A stretch of 64,000 nt of DNA. Source: Mobula hypostoma (lineage: Eukaryota). Positions within the stretch are counted from its first letter, which is position 1; the number at the start of each line of letters is the position of its first letter. This document shows, piece by piece, positions 63,212-64,000 of the stretch. The position numbers and the translations under genes are program-made. Under the pieces are notes generated by a model that was not told where the DNA came from, made no database searches, and saw nothing but the letters and a program-made list of their open reading frames with translations. The stretch is taken from contig NC_086097.1 of the NCBI RefSeq assembly GCF_963921235.1, positions 174,656,001-174,720,000 of the forward strand. The letters run 5' to 3'.

Positions 63212-64000
63212 TTGACCATGAGACCATAAGACATAGAATAAAGCCATTGAGTCTGCTCCACCATTCCACCATGGCTGATTTTTTTTTATCCCTCTCAACC
63301 TTATTTTTCCACCTTTTTCCTTTAACCTTTCAAGTAACCTTTGACACCCTTACTAATTAAAAACCTATCAACCTCTGCTTGAAATATACCCAATTGCCTC
63401 TGCAGCTGTCTGAGGCATTGAATTCCACAGACTCACCCCCCACTGACTAAAGAAATTCCTCCTCATCTCTGTTCACTCTCCCACTGTTGGAAACATCCTC
63501 CCCACACCCACTCTTATCTAGACCTTTCAACATTCAGTAGTTTTCAATGAGATCTCCTCTCATTCTTCTGAACTCCAAGGAGTATATGCCCAAAGTGAAA
63601 TACTTCATTTATTAACCCTTTCATTCCCAAGCTAATTCCCACGAAATTCTTCTGGACCCTCTCCAATACCAGCATATTTTTTTTTATAGATTTGGGGCCC
63701 AAAACTGCTCACAACACTGCAGCTGCAGTCTGACCAATGCCTTATAAAGACTTAGCATTACAACTTTGTTTTTATATTGTAGTCTTCTCAAAATAAATGC
63801 TAACACTGCATATGTCTTCCTTACCATCGACTCAAACTACAAGTTAACCTCTAGGGAATCCTGCATGAGGACTCCCAAGTCCCTTTGCACCTCTGATTTC
63901 TGAATTTTCTCCCCACTTAAAAAATAACCTGTGCCTTTATTCATTCTATCAAAGTGCATGACTATATATTTCCCTAAACTATATTCCATCTGTCACTTCT
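63212..64000 (-). mobile_element. CR1 3' fragment running off the window
   Basis: Antisense tail gaccataagac and ORF2 C-terminal remnants. Confidence 0.85.

Noticed and set aside
1..64000. CRISPR array, operon, retron/DGR or other prokaryotic or viral system
   Set aside because: No repeat-spacer array or gene-dense segment is present; all RT-like frames are assignable to eukaryotic CR1, Rex1, L2 or RTE elements.

Overview
Vertebrate nuclear DNA, most likely from a cartilaginous fish (shark or ray, inferred from the CR1/Rex1/L2/Penelope repeat landscape). Two host genes converge. STK3 (MST2, +) contributes its last coding exon (SARAH domain, 30042-30200), preceded by at least 30 kb of its last intron. 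KCNS2 (Kv9.2, -) has its whole CDS in one exon (59246-57819). Much of the rest is decayed, often nested transposable elements: CR1, Rex1/Babar, L2 and RTE LINEs, Penelope-like elements (PLEs), SINEs, a Tigger/pogo relic, a TIR element with a 6-bp TSD and a Gypsy LTR relic. The most notable signals are (i) a family of minimal hammerhead-ribozyme motifs in PLE termini, including a young TSD-flanked 217-bp palindrome whose fold-back point lies on the hammerhead core, plus a second hammerhead-like family; (ii) a KCNS2 T1 domain that appears to have lost the HX5CX20CC zinc motif; (iii) an internally deleted Rex1-like element with both ends; and (iv) a composite TIR element. I found no prokaryotic or CRISPR-type system. 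Family calls come from motif recognition by eye, and repeat boundaries are approximate unless a TSD is given.
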